IMG/VR virus record: IMGVR_UViG_3300001472_000143
Location: 1 to 26,150 of that record
DNA from: a virus
Lineage: Duplodnaviria; Caudoviricetes
Length of the DNA: 26,150 nucleotides
Reading direction: 5' to 3' (one strand)
Within the stretch, counting starts at the first letter, position 1. The number at the start of each line of letters is the position of its first letter. The notes beneath the pieces are model-generated. The model was not told where the DNA came from and did no database searches. It saw nothing but the letters and a program-made list of their open reading frames with translations. The translations under genes and the position numbers were made by a program. Shown here piece after piece: positions 18,181 through 26,150 of the stretch.

Positions 18181-20028
18181 ATGAGTTACGAAAAACCAAC
18201 CCAAATATTAGATACTTCTTTAACTCAAGTTGTTAAAGGCTTAGATCAAAATAGAGCTATGCTATTAGCTAAAATTGAAGCTAGAAAAAAAGAAAGACAA
18301 GCTTCTCAAAAAGCTAATTTAAAACAACAAAAGCAAGAAGAAAAAGAAGCTAATGCTAGAAGAAGAAGAGAAGGTACTATTAGAAAAGGTATAGATGACA
18401 ATATAGCTAAGTTTAATTCTAAATTTAGTGATGAGTATTTAACTCTAAATGATGCAACTACTGGCTCTTGGAGCTCTGCTACGGGTGAAGTTTATGATCA
18501 AATAGAAATAACTAAAGATCAATTAGAACAAGATTACGAAGCATATCAAGCAGCTTTATTAAAAGATCCTAATGCATCTCTTCAAGATATTAACCCTATA
18601 TATGAACAAGGTTTTGATATTGAAACTATGTACCATGAAGAAGTAGGAGGTCCGTTAGATGATATTAAAGATGCAATAGAAGCCAACTGGAAAGAAATGG
18701 CTAATGTAGATGAAGGCTCAGAAGAATATATGCAATATAAAAAAAATATAGATGACATATTAAGACAAGCTCCTGGTTTTATAAGTATACTTAACACAAC
18801 GGTAGAAGGAACTTCTACAGCTTGGGATTATAATGGTGATGTAATTGAACCTGCTGCTAACATGCCAGGTCTAATATTATATGACGGAAAGCCTGATTTT
18901 GAACTAAGGCAAGAAGCTGCTAAGATGATTCATCTTAAACAGAAACAAGGTAGATTTAATTATACTTATAAAGATGGAAAATCGTACATGGAATATACAT
19001 CTCCTACGTCTTACAATGGAAAAAATAAACTACTAATAGAAGAAGAAGTTTACATGAACGCTGTTAGGAATGGAGATATGGGTGGACTAATCAACGTTAC
19101 AGATGCTACATTTTTAGAAGAAGTAGTAGAAACTGTTTTTGATGATGGTACAGAAAATCAATATAAGAAACTAGTAACAACTAGTAATCTAAGTGAAACA
19201 GCTACTGATGAAGAAAAAAAGAAAGTTGTTAGACAAAGAATAAAAAATTACGATAACGCAAATAAATTATTACAAACTAAAGTAGATGCTTTTATAGATT
19301 CAAAAGGTTTAGCTAGTAATTATAATCCTAATTTAATACAGAGCAATTGGCAAATGTTAGGTGGTCCAGACGAAAATGAAGCAGGTGGTGAAACAGTTTA
19401 TGAAGGAACACCTGAACAAATTGCAAGAGCTAAAAAATTATTATATGAGCATGTAAAAAGAACTAAGGGTGGAGATACTGGTATAATTGGAAATGGAGTA
19501 ACAGAAACAATTCTTAACGAAGTTGAAAATGAAGATGCTATAGATTTAGCTAGAGGAGAAGGTATTAAGCTAGATGTTAAAGAACTTAACAAGTATCTTC
19601 CAAATCTTCAAAAAACAGCTTCCGGCACTGATGGTAAGGCTGGATACTCTTACGACAATTTATATGCAAACTTTAAATCACTTAAAGCTAATAATGGACA
19701 AGGCGCTTTGGCAGTTTTAAATTCAGGTGGAAATGGAAATTACATAACTGGTGCTGAATTAAAGACTAAATACCCTACTATTGACTTATCTGACATAGAC
19801 GATGCTCAGTTGTATGTATATAAAAGTGGTTCAAATAAGCCTACTAAAGTTAATCCAAAAGTACTTAAAGATTTTGACATATTTTTAAACGAGGTTAATA
19901 AATCAAATAGTTCGATAACAAACAAAAGCCACAACGCAGCTTTAAAGCTTATAGACAGAGATCAAGAAATAGCTAGGTTAGAATCTGATGGGGATTCTAA
20001 TTTACCACCACTGCCTGGCATGGCATAA
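18181..20028 (+). CDS. Putative second internal virion/ejection protein
   Basis: 615 aa with an N-terminal basic coiled coil. The call rests on synteny between the small and giant ejection-type genes; no catalytic motif was recognised. Confidence 0.5.
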   Translation: MSYEKPTQILDTSLTQVVKGLDQNRAMLLAKIEARKKERQASQKANLKQQKQEEKEANARRRREGTIRKGIDDNIAKFNSKFSDEYLTLNDATTGSWSSATGEVYDQIEITKDQLEQDYEAYQAALLKDPNASLQDINPIYEQGFDIETMYHEEVGGPLDDIKDAIEANWKEMANVDEGSEEYMQYKKNIDDILRQAPGFISILNTTVEGTSTAWDYNGDVIEPAANMPGLILYDGKPDFELRQEAAKMIHLKQKQGRFNYTYKDGKSYMEYTSPTSYNGKNKLLIEEEVYMNAVRNGDMGGLINVTDATFLEEVVETVFDDGTENQYKKLVTTSNLSETATDEEKKKVVRQRIKNYDNANKLLQTKVDAFIDSKGLASNYNPNLIQSNWQMLGGPDENEAGGETVYEGTPEQIARAKKLLYEHVKRTKGGDTGIIGNGVTETILNEVENEDAIDLARGEGIKLDVKELNKYLPNLQKTASGTDGKAGYSYDNLYANFKSLKANNGQGALAVLNSGGNGNYITGAELKTKYPTIDLSDIDDAQLYVYKSGSNKPTKVNPKVLKDFDIFLNEVNKSNSSITNKSHNAALKLIDRDQEIARLESDGDSNLPPLPGMA

Positions 20029-20044
20029 TTTAAAATTATAATTA

Positions 20045-20292
20045 ATGAAATATATTTGGAACAACAACGAGTACACTCAAGAAGACATAGACGCTGCTTT
20101 AGAGGCAACAGGACAAGATCTTGATACATATCTATCTGAAAATAAAATAGAGGTCTTAGAAGATGAAAACGAAAAAAAGCTAGTAGATGTTGCAGAGAGT
20201 GCGGATGTAGCATCAGAAACTACAGCACCAGAGAATTTGGATTTAAAATCAGAGGAAGTTTCATCGGAGTCTTCTTCAGAAGATCTTGGTAA
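20045..20292 (+). CDS. Predicted 82-aa transframe product of the giant gene
   Basis: 45 zero-frame codons plus 37 codons in the -1 frame (ASRCCRECGCSIRNYSTREFGFKIRGSFIGVFFRRSW), ending at TAA 20290-20292. It exists only if the frameshift is real. Confidence 0.55.
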
Positions 20293-23200
20293 GAAAGAAG
20301 AGAAGCCAAAGAAAAAAGTAAAATTAAAATTTGATCGTTTACTGAAAGAAGAAGTAAATGTATTAGAAGATATAGATTTAAATCCATCTGTAATAGATAT
20401 AAGTTCTGCAGATAACTTTGTAGAGCTTAATAAAGATAGTGATACAACTTACGCTGGATCTATAGTTAAACTAGAAAAGCTAGACAAAACAAAACAAGAA
20501 CAAGCTACTAAGCAAATATTAGATGTACCTAAAGAATTAGAAAACCAAATAGACGAAAAAGGTTTTTACCAAAAAGACGTAGGTAATTATTATAAAGTTA
20601 CTTATAAAAATGAAGATGGTAATTTAATTCAAAGTGATTTTCCTATTTATATATCAGACGAAAACTTTAAAAGAAATATAACTAATAAATTAAAGTCAGA
20701 TTTAGACGATGTTTTAAATGAAGAAAGAAATTTATTATCTCAAGGTGGAGATGTAAATGAAAACGACATACTTTTATTAGAAGAAAGAAAACAATCACTA
20801 CAAAGTCAATTGATAAACCTTGGCGTAGATGTCAACGATGAATTTGCATGGACTAATCCTAGTGATGCTGAAAGATTAGATGAATTTGAAATTGTAGCAA
20901 AACAAGATCAGTCTATATTAGATGCAAATCCTAATGACAATGCTATTAGAGTAGCTGAGTTAAATTCTGAATTAACAAATTACACTACAGAATTAGAAAA
21001 AAGTACTGATCCTGTAGAACAAAAAAGATTACAAAAAGTAATTGAAGCCACTGGAGAAGAATTAGAAGAAGAAACAATTCTTTTAAATAAAGCTATATAT
21101 ACTTTAGATAAAATTAAAGCTGAAAACAATGTAGTAGACCCCACTGTAAAACCTCTTTCTACTAATTTATTTCATAACAGCAAAATTACTACTTATGAAA
21201 AAGATTATTTTACTTATAAAAATGATAAAGGAGAACATGTAGATCCTACTAAAGTAAAAGATTATAATCTTGAAGTAACAGACAAAGGTGTAAAAAACAT
21301 AAGTAAAATCTCCGCTGAAAATCTTACTAAAAATTTTAATTCAAAATATTTAAATTATGGGCTAGGTGCTGATTACGATAGATCTTTTTTAAATATCGGA
21401 GATAGTGCTATGAATGTTTATAAAAATCCACGTTACAATAAAAGTGGTAGAATAGACTTAGTAGAAACAGCTAAAGCTAATAATATTCCTTATGATACTA
21501 TTATAGCACAAGAAGATTTACAGCAGTATTTAATTGACAAAGGTATTGCTACTACATTAGAAACAGGTAGTTCTTTAATAAAAACAGATAAAGAAGAGAT
21601 AGTGAATCTTATTAACTTTATAGAAAAAAATCAAGGAGATTTTAGAAAAAGTAAAGAGGTTTCACAGTATCAAAAAAGCAATGGTCAAGCAGGTAGAAAT
21701 CAAAAGCTTAAACAATATAATAACGTTATAAAAAAGAGTATAAACGACGTTAAACCTTTGCTTATAAAAAACAATAACTTAATTACTAAATATGCTAATG
21801 ATACAATAGAATTAAAGTCAATTCAAGAACAAGCTGCATTATATAAAAAAGAAACTGAAGCTAAGCTTGCTAAAGTACTAAAACCTAATGAAAAACTAAA
21901 AGAGCAAATACTTAGTAAAGAAAAGTTAGAACAATTAGTAACTAGAGAAGCAAACAAAATACAAGAAATGATTAAAAAAGATCCTTCAAGATATGAAGAA
22001 TTATCTAAAGGATTTGAAAATTGGCAAAATAATCTAGTAAGTAGACAGAAACAAGTAATAGAAGAGTATAATAAAAACATATCTAAAAAAGATACAATAT
22101 TAAAAAGGTTTGACAATAAATTTGATAGTAAATATGTAGATAAATTAACTGCTATAGATGAAAAATTAAAACAGTACCAACAAGACGTTACTAAATTTTC
22201 TACTGCTATAGAACAATCAATGTCGCAAGTTTCTATTTATCAAACTTTAGTTAAAACTTTAGAGTACTCTGACTCTGAATTTAATATAAAATTAGACAGA
22301 ATAAATAAGTCTTTAGAAGGTGAAGGAGATGCTATATCTCAAACATGGAATATATTTACTGAACAGTTTACTAGAACTAGTGTTGGTAGGATAGCTCCTT
22401 TTGAGCTTTTAGCAAGAGGTATTAACGAACTTGGTGGACTAGTAGGTCAATATGAGTTTGGAAGAAAAATAGGTGGCTATACTAGAGAGCAATACGAAAG
22501 AAATAAACAACAATTAGATTTTTCAACAATAGAAAGATCTAATGCTGTGCCTGCAATAGCTAATGTATTTGCTATAAAAGGAGTTTCAGATACATATGCA
22601 AAGGCCTATTCTGAAAGCTGGATGGGTGGAACTGCTCAAGCTTTAACACAAATGGTTGGAGCTTCTATGGGAGCACCAGTAACTGGTCTTTTTGGAGGAT
22701 TTTTTCTTAGCTCTTTACAAAATAGTGAAGACAAGATAATAGAAATGAGAAATGATGCTGTTAGGAATAGAGCTGACGGTGTTAGTAGAGCAGAAGCTAA
22801 AAAACAATTTGATGAAAAGTTTCCTAAATCTTCACAAGTAGCGTATGCATATATTCAAGCAACTGTAGAAGGAGCTTTATCGCATGTCAGTGGTAAGATA
22901 ATGAAAGGCCAAACAGATATGTCTGCTGGTTTAATTAGAAAATTTACTAATGCTACTTTATCTAGACTTGGGTCAAACGCAACAGCTAGAGATATACAGT
23001 TGATGGTTAGAAAACTAGTAGGAGAAACTACAGCTAAATATATGCGCTTTGTTGGTAAAGGAACTACAGCTGGTTTAGATGAAATGCTTGAAGAAACTAC
23101 TCAAGATTTTGCTGCTATGGGAATTGATGCAGCTTTTCAACGAATAACAGAATTAGACTTTGACTTGCCAGATATTACTAGTGAAGAATATGGTAAGCAA

Positions 23201-26150
23201 TTTAAGCATATGCTTTTAGTTAGTTTTACATCTGGCTTTATTGGTGCTTCTTTTTCTACTTTAGCTAATAGAGATTTTCTAGATCCATTAACTGAGTTTG
23301 AAAAATTGGATTTTAGAAGCAGATTACAAGCTAATCAAGAACTTTATGATCAAATTCAAAATATTAAAAGTGATAATGGTTATAGTTCTGAACTAGGTAA
23401 AATAGAAACAAATCTTGAAAATAATGTAATAACTCAAGAAGAAGCTGATCAACAAAGAAAAGAATTAAATGATCTTGTTAGTGATTATAAAGAAATACCT
23501 AATAATTTAAATGGGTCTACTCAATATTTAATTGCTCAGAAAAAACAACAAATAAGAGAATTAAATAATCAATTAGCACAAGGTGGTCTTAGTAATCCAG
23601 CAAATTCTAATATAAAAGAAGCTATAAAAAATATTGAAGGTGAAATATCTGAAATGTCTTCAAACTCTAATAATCAACATAAAGAAGTAGAAGATAAAAC
23701 TGATTTTGCTTTAGCTGCTCAACTTAGGTTAACTGCAAAAACAAAAGGATTAGATCCTTCAACTGCTGTTGTAGAAGTGTTTAATGAAGATAATGCGCAA
23801 GCTATAGCGGATAAATATGGATTAACTGTAGAAGAAGTTTTAAGCCCAGAAGGAGTTTATTTAAAAGATTCTAATAGTATAATAATTTCAGAAAAAGCTT
23901 CTAAAGGAGTTAAAGAGCATGAAGGATCTCATAATTATTGGGATATAGCATTAAATAAAGCTGAAAATAAAAATGCTGTATTTGGTATGGCAGATGCTGT
24001 TATGAAGAAAATGATAGCTTTAGATCCTGCTGCAGCTGATGTTTTGCAGAACCAACTTTTAAAATACTCTAATGACTCTAAGTATACGCAAGAGCAAGTG
24101 GCAGAAGAAGTTATTACATACTATACTCAAATGAAAAAAGCTGGGTTTTTTAAAGAAAACAAAAGTGTTACTCAAGAGATAGCAAGATGGTTTAATAGTT
24201 TGTTACAGTCTATAGGTATTCAAATAGAAGTAAATGCAGAAAATATAGACGGAATATTAGATGATTATCTTGGCAATTTATCTAAAGGTAAACTTAATGC
24301 TGCACAGAGAAGATTAGCTAGAGGCGATGTTAATATAAGTAAAAGTTTACAAGTAGAACCTGGACAAACCTCTATAACTGCTTTGTCTGAAGATACAACC
24401 CCTGTAGTAGATATAAAACAAGATACTCAAACACAAACTAAGCAAGCTGCATCTCTACCTTTAAGTGTAGACACTAAGTCTATGTCAAATGCTTTTGATA
24501 AAAATTTAACTAATGATTTAAAAAGTAATGACGATTTTAAACAAAGTGAAGCAGCTATAGATGCTTTTGATGCTATTGAAAGTAATTCAAATTTTAATAG
24601 TTATATAAATCAATTAATAACTAGAGATAAAAGTTTACAAAGTTTAAATCCAGAAATTAAAGAAGACATTAATAGAAAAATAAAAGAAAATTTACAGTTA
24701 AGAATATTAAAGAATTTTAAACCAGAACTTGACGGTAATAAGCGTAGTTTATTTAGTTTTATATATGGAAAAGCAACTGACAAAGGTATGGGTGGTATTG
24801 CTTTCAGAGCTTTACAGGATATTAAAAAAGACTACGTAAAAACAGCACCAACAACTTCTATAGATAATGTGCTTGATGACACAGGTAGAACAAGAGATTT
24901 TGCTGATACTAGTATAGATATAGAAGGGTCTATAGATGAAAAAGTTGTAATACCAAGATCTAAGATAAAGCAACAAACAGAATTAGTTGACGAGCAAACT
25001 GAAGCTGAATTTGAAACTGCAGCTTTAGAAATAATAGAAGGTGTTATGCCTGACATCGAAGATAAAAACTTTAGATCTTTTATAGATGATGTTTTTGATG
25101 CTAAATTAACTGACAAAGTTAAGAAAAAATTAGGTACTGGAAAACAGTACGAAGAGACTATAAAGAAATTAGCTCCAAAAATGAAGAGCTTATTTCCTAT
25201 ACAATACTTTGTAAAGCTAGAATCACAAACGTCTCCTGAAAATAGAATTTTTACTAAACCTCCAAGGCGTTTAACTAAACAATCTGAAATAGATCAAGCT
25301 GTTTTAAGAGATGATGTTTATTTAGAAAATACAGCACAAGGCGTTAACTTATATGAGTTCAATGATTTTACTCCTAAACAACTAGCAGACTATATTTTAG
25401 CACCACCCGTAAGCCCTACAACTGGCAAGAGAAGTGGCTTAAGAGGTAATAGAAAAACAACAACTGCAAAAGAAATAACAAAAGAAATAGGTAGAGATAT
25501 ATTACCATCCACCATGGATAAGGCTGGTATTGATCCAAGAGATAGATCTAAGGTAGGTGTAAAAATTCAAAGAGATCCTAGAGCTTTAATGGCTAAGGCT
25601 TTTTCATCAGAAGATAGAATTAAGTTAGAAGAAGCAGCAGCGGCTAGTGATATTAACGCTGCTGGTGTTATTGCTGGATTACCGAAAGGAAGTATAACTG
25701 TAACTAACAGTAATAGAGCTTCTAAAATAAAACAAGTTCTTAATGATATTAAAACTTTTGGCTTATCATTAAATGTTTTTGAATCATCTATGCCGGCTGC
25801 AGCAGGCGCTAATAGAGTGCAGGTTAATAAGAAGAAACCAAATGGTGACTTAACACCTGATGCTAAGAAGTTAGATACTTATTTAAAAAATAATAAAATA
25901 AAAGCAAAAGATGGAGTTTACTTTTATGAGCTAACAAATGGAGACTATGTAAAATCTGTGCCAGTTAGAAAAAAAGATGGAAGTATTGGACAAGGAGTAA
26001 CTTATCCTGACGGCGTAACAAACTTAGTTCCAGCAAGAGGAAGGTTATATTATGGAACTACTGATCCTAATTACATCGAAGCTTTAGAAGCGGCTAAAGA
26101 AAATACTAAAAAAGATGCTTTAATACCTAAAAAAGTTTCTGTTATAGAAA
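20045..26150 (+). CDS. Giant internal virion/ejection polyvalent protein (at least 2035 aa, 3' truncated) with a zincin domain
   Basis: Translated by hand from ATG 20045 (MKYIWNNNEYTQEDIDAALE...) with no in-frame stop to the window end. It contains coiled coils, Gly-rich hydrophobic segments (22619-22717, 23210-23266), HEGSH at 23918-23932 and a downstream EE at 24104-24109. Confidence 0.9.
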   Translation, partial: MKYIWNNNEYTQEDIDAALEATGQDLDTYLSENKIEVLEDENEKKLVDVAESADVASETTAPENLDLKSEEVSSESSSEDLGKKEEKPKKKVKLKFDRLLKEEVNVLEDIDLNPSVIDISSADNFVELNKDSDTTYAGSIVKLEKLDKTKQEQATKQILDVPKELENQIDEKGFYQKDVGNYYKVTYKNEDGNLIQSDFPIYISDENFKRNITNKLKSDLDDVLNEERNLLSQGGDVNENDILLLEERKQSLQSQLINLGVDVNDEFAWTNPSDAERLDEFEIVAKQDQSILDANPNDNAIRVAELNSELTNYTTELEKSTDPVEQKRLQKVIEATGEELEEETILLNKAIYTLDKIKAENNVVDPTVKPLSTNLFHNSKITTYEKDYFTYKNDKGEHVDPTKVKDYNLEVTDKGVKNISKISAENLTKNFNSKYLNYGLGADYDRSFLNIGDSAMNVYKNPRYNKSGRIDLVETAKANNIPYDTIIAQEDLQQYLIDKGIATTLETGSSLIKTDKEEIVNLINFIEKNQGDFRKSKEVSQYQKSNGQAGRNQKLKQYNNVIKKSINDVKPLLIKNNNLITKYANDTIELKSIQEQAALYKKETEAKLAKVLKPNEKLKEQILSKEKLEQLVTREANKIQEMIKKDPSRYEELSKGFENWQNNLVSRQKQVIEEYNKNISKKDTILKRFDNKFDSKYVDKLTAIDEKLKQYQQDVTKFSTAIEQSMSQVSIYQTLVKTLEYSDSEFNIKLDRINKSLEGEGDAISQTWNIFTEQFTRTSVGRIAPFELLARGINELGGLVGQYEFGRKIGGYTREQYERNKQQLDFSTIERSNAVPAIANVFAIKGVSDTYAKAYSESWMGGTAQALTQMVGASMGAPVTGLFGGFFLSSLQNSEDKIIEMRNDAVRNRADGVSRAEAKKQFDEKFPKSSQVAYAYIQATVEGALSHVSGKIMKGQTDMSAGLIRKFTNATLSRLGSNATARDIQLMVRKLVGETTAKYMRFVGKGTTAGLDEMLEETTQDFAAMGIDAAFQRITELDFDLPDITSEEYGKQFKHMLLVSFTSGFIGASFSTLANRDFLDPLTEFEKLDFRSRLQANQELYDQIQNIKSDNGYSSELGKIETNLENNVITQEEADQQRKELNDLVSDYKEIPNNLNGSTQYLIAQKKQQIRELNNQLAQGGLSNPANSNIKEAIKNIEGEISEMSSNSNNQHKEVEDKTDFALAAQLRLTAKTKGLDPSTAVVEVFNEDNAQAIADKYGLTVEEVLSPEGVYLKDSNSIIISEKASKGVKEHEGSHNYWDIALNKAENKNAVFGMADAVMKKMIALDPAAADVLQNQLLKYSNDSKYTQEQVAEEVITYYTQMKKAGFFKENKSVTQEIARWFNSLLQSIGIQIEVNAENIDGILDDYLGNLSKGKLNAAQRRLARGDVNISKSLQVEPGQTSITALSEDTTPVVDIKQDTQTQTKQAASLPLSVDTKSMSNAFDKNLTNDLKSNDDFKQSEAAIDAFDAIESNSNFNSYINQLITRDKSLQSLNPEIKEDINRKIKENLQLRILKNFKPELDGNKRSLFSFIYGKATDKGMGGIAFRALQDIKKDYVKTAPTTSIDNVLDDTGRTRDFADTSIDIEGSIDEKVVIPRSKIKQQTELVDEQTEAEFETAALEIIEGVMPDIEDKNFRSFIDDVFDAKLTDKVKKKLGTGKQYEETIKKLAPKMKSLFPIQYFVKLESQTSPENRIFTKPPRRLTKQSEIDQAVLRDDVYLENTAQGVNLYEFNDFTPKQLADYILAPPVSPTTGKRSGLRGNRKTTTAKEITKEIGRDILPSTMDKAGIDPRDRSKVGVKIQRDPRALMAKAFSSEDRIKLEEAAAASDINAAGVIAGLPKGSITVTNSNRASKIKQVLNDIKTFGLSLNVFESSMPAAAGANRVQVNKKKPNGDLTPDAKKLDTYLKNNKIKAKDGVYFYELTNGDYVKSVPVRKKDGSIGQGVTYPDGVTNLVPARGRLYYGTTDPNYIEALEAAKENTKKDALIPKKVSVIE
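20173..20228 (+). promoter_or_regulatory. Candidate -1 programmed ribosomal frameshift signal
   Basis: In-frame A_AAA_AAG (20173-20179), spacer CTAGTA, and a 9-bp stem GATGTTGCA (20186-20194)/TGTAGCATC (20206-20214). The loop GTGC (20199-20202) is complementary to GCAC (20225-20228). Confidence 0.7.

Noticed and set aside
3390-25116. Minus-strand ORFs of the track (3390, 3907, 6985, 14078, 18582, 19398, 19962, 21823, 24832)
   Set aside because: All are antisense to long plus-strand genes, mostly with the Ser/Leu/Phe- or Pro/Thr-rich composition expected of reverse-complement shadows.
20045-26150. Virion RNA polymerase as in crAss-like phages
   Set aside because: No DFDID/DxDGD-type catalytic motif in a plausible context was seen in the portion present. 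It could still lie beyond the window.
1-26150. CRISPR arrays, tRNAs, introns/inteins, DGR repeats, insertion sequences
   Set aside because: Intergenic gaps are all under about 65 nt, and I saw no long nucleotide repeats or reverse transcriptase, transposase or homing nuclease motifs by eye.

Overview
This window is an AT-rich, gene-dense, all plus-strand virion morphogenesis module of a tailed dsDNA phage with podovirus/crAss-like organisation. The host is probably Bacteroidota (Flavobacteriia-like): there are no Shine-Dalgarno motifs, leaders are A-rich, and 11 of 14 starts have A at -3. Gene order is: terminase large subunit (5' truncated), portal, scaffolding protein, major capsid protein, two paralogous small capsid-accessory genes (the first broken by a frameshift), a hypothetical protein, two head-tail ring/adaptor proteins, a tail stabilisation/nozzle protein apparently split into two genes, a cupin, two ejection-type proteins, and a giant ORF of at least 2035 codons. 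The giant ORF runs from 20045 to the window end and is missing from the ORF track because it has no stop. The most notable unannotated signals are: (1) a canonical -1 frameshift cassette (A_AAA_AAG, 6-nt spacer, stem-loop/possible pseudoknot, open -1 frame) at codons 44-45 of the giant gene; (2) a 39-codon basic ORF (MPFKSQAQRKW...) nested in the +1 frame of the scaffolding gene on a GC island; (3) a HExxH zincin domain followed by a sigma-factor-like segment inside the giant protein; (4) one Gly-rich beta module inserted into four different structural proteins. All family calls come from motif recognition and synteny; no database searches were run.
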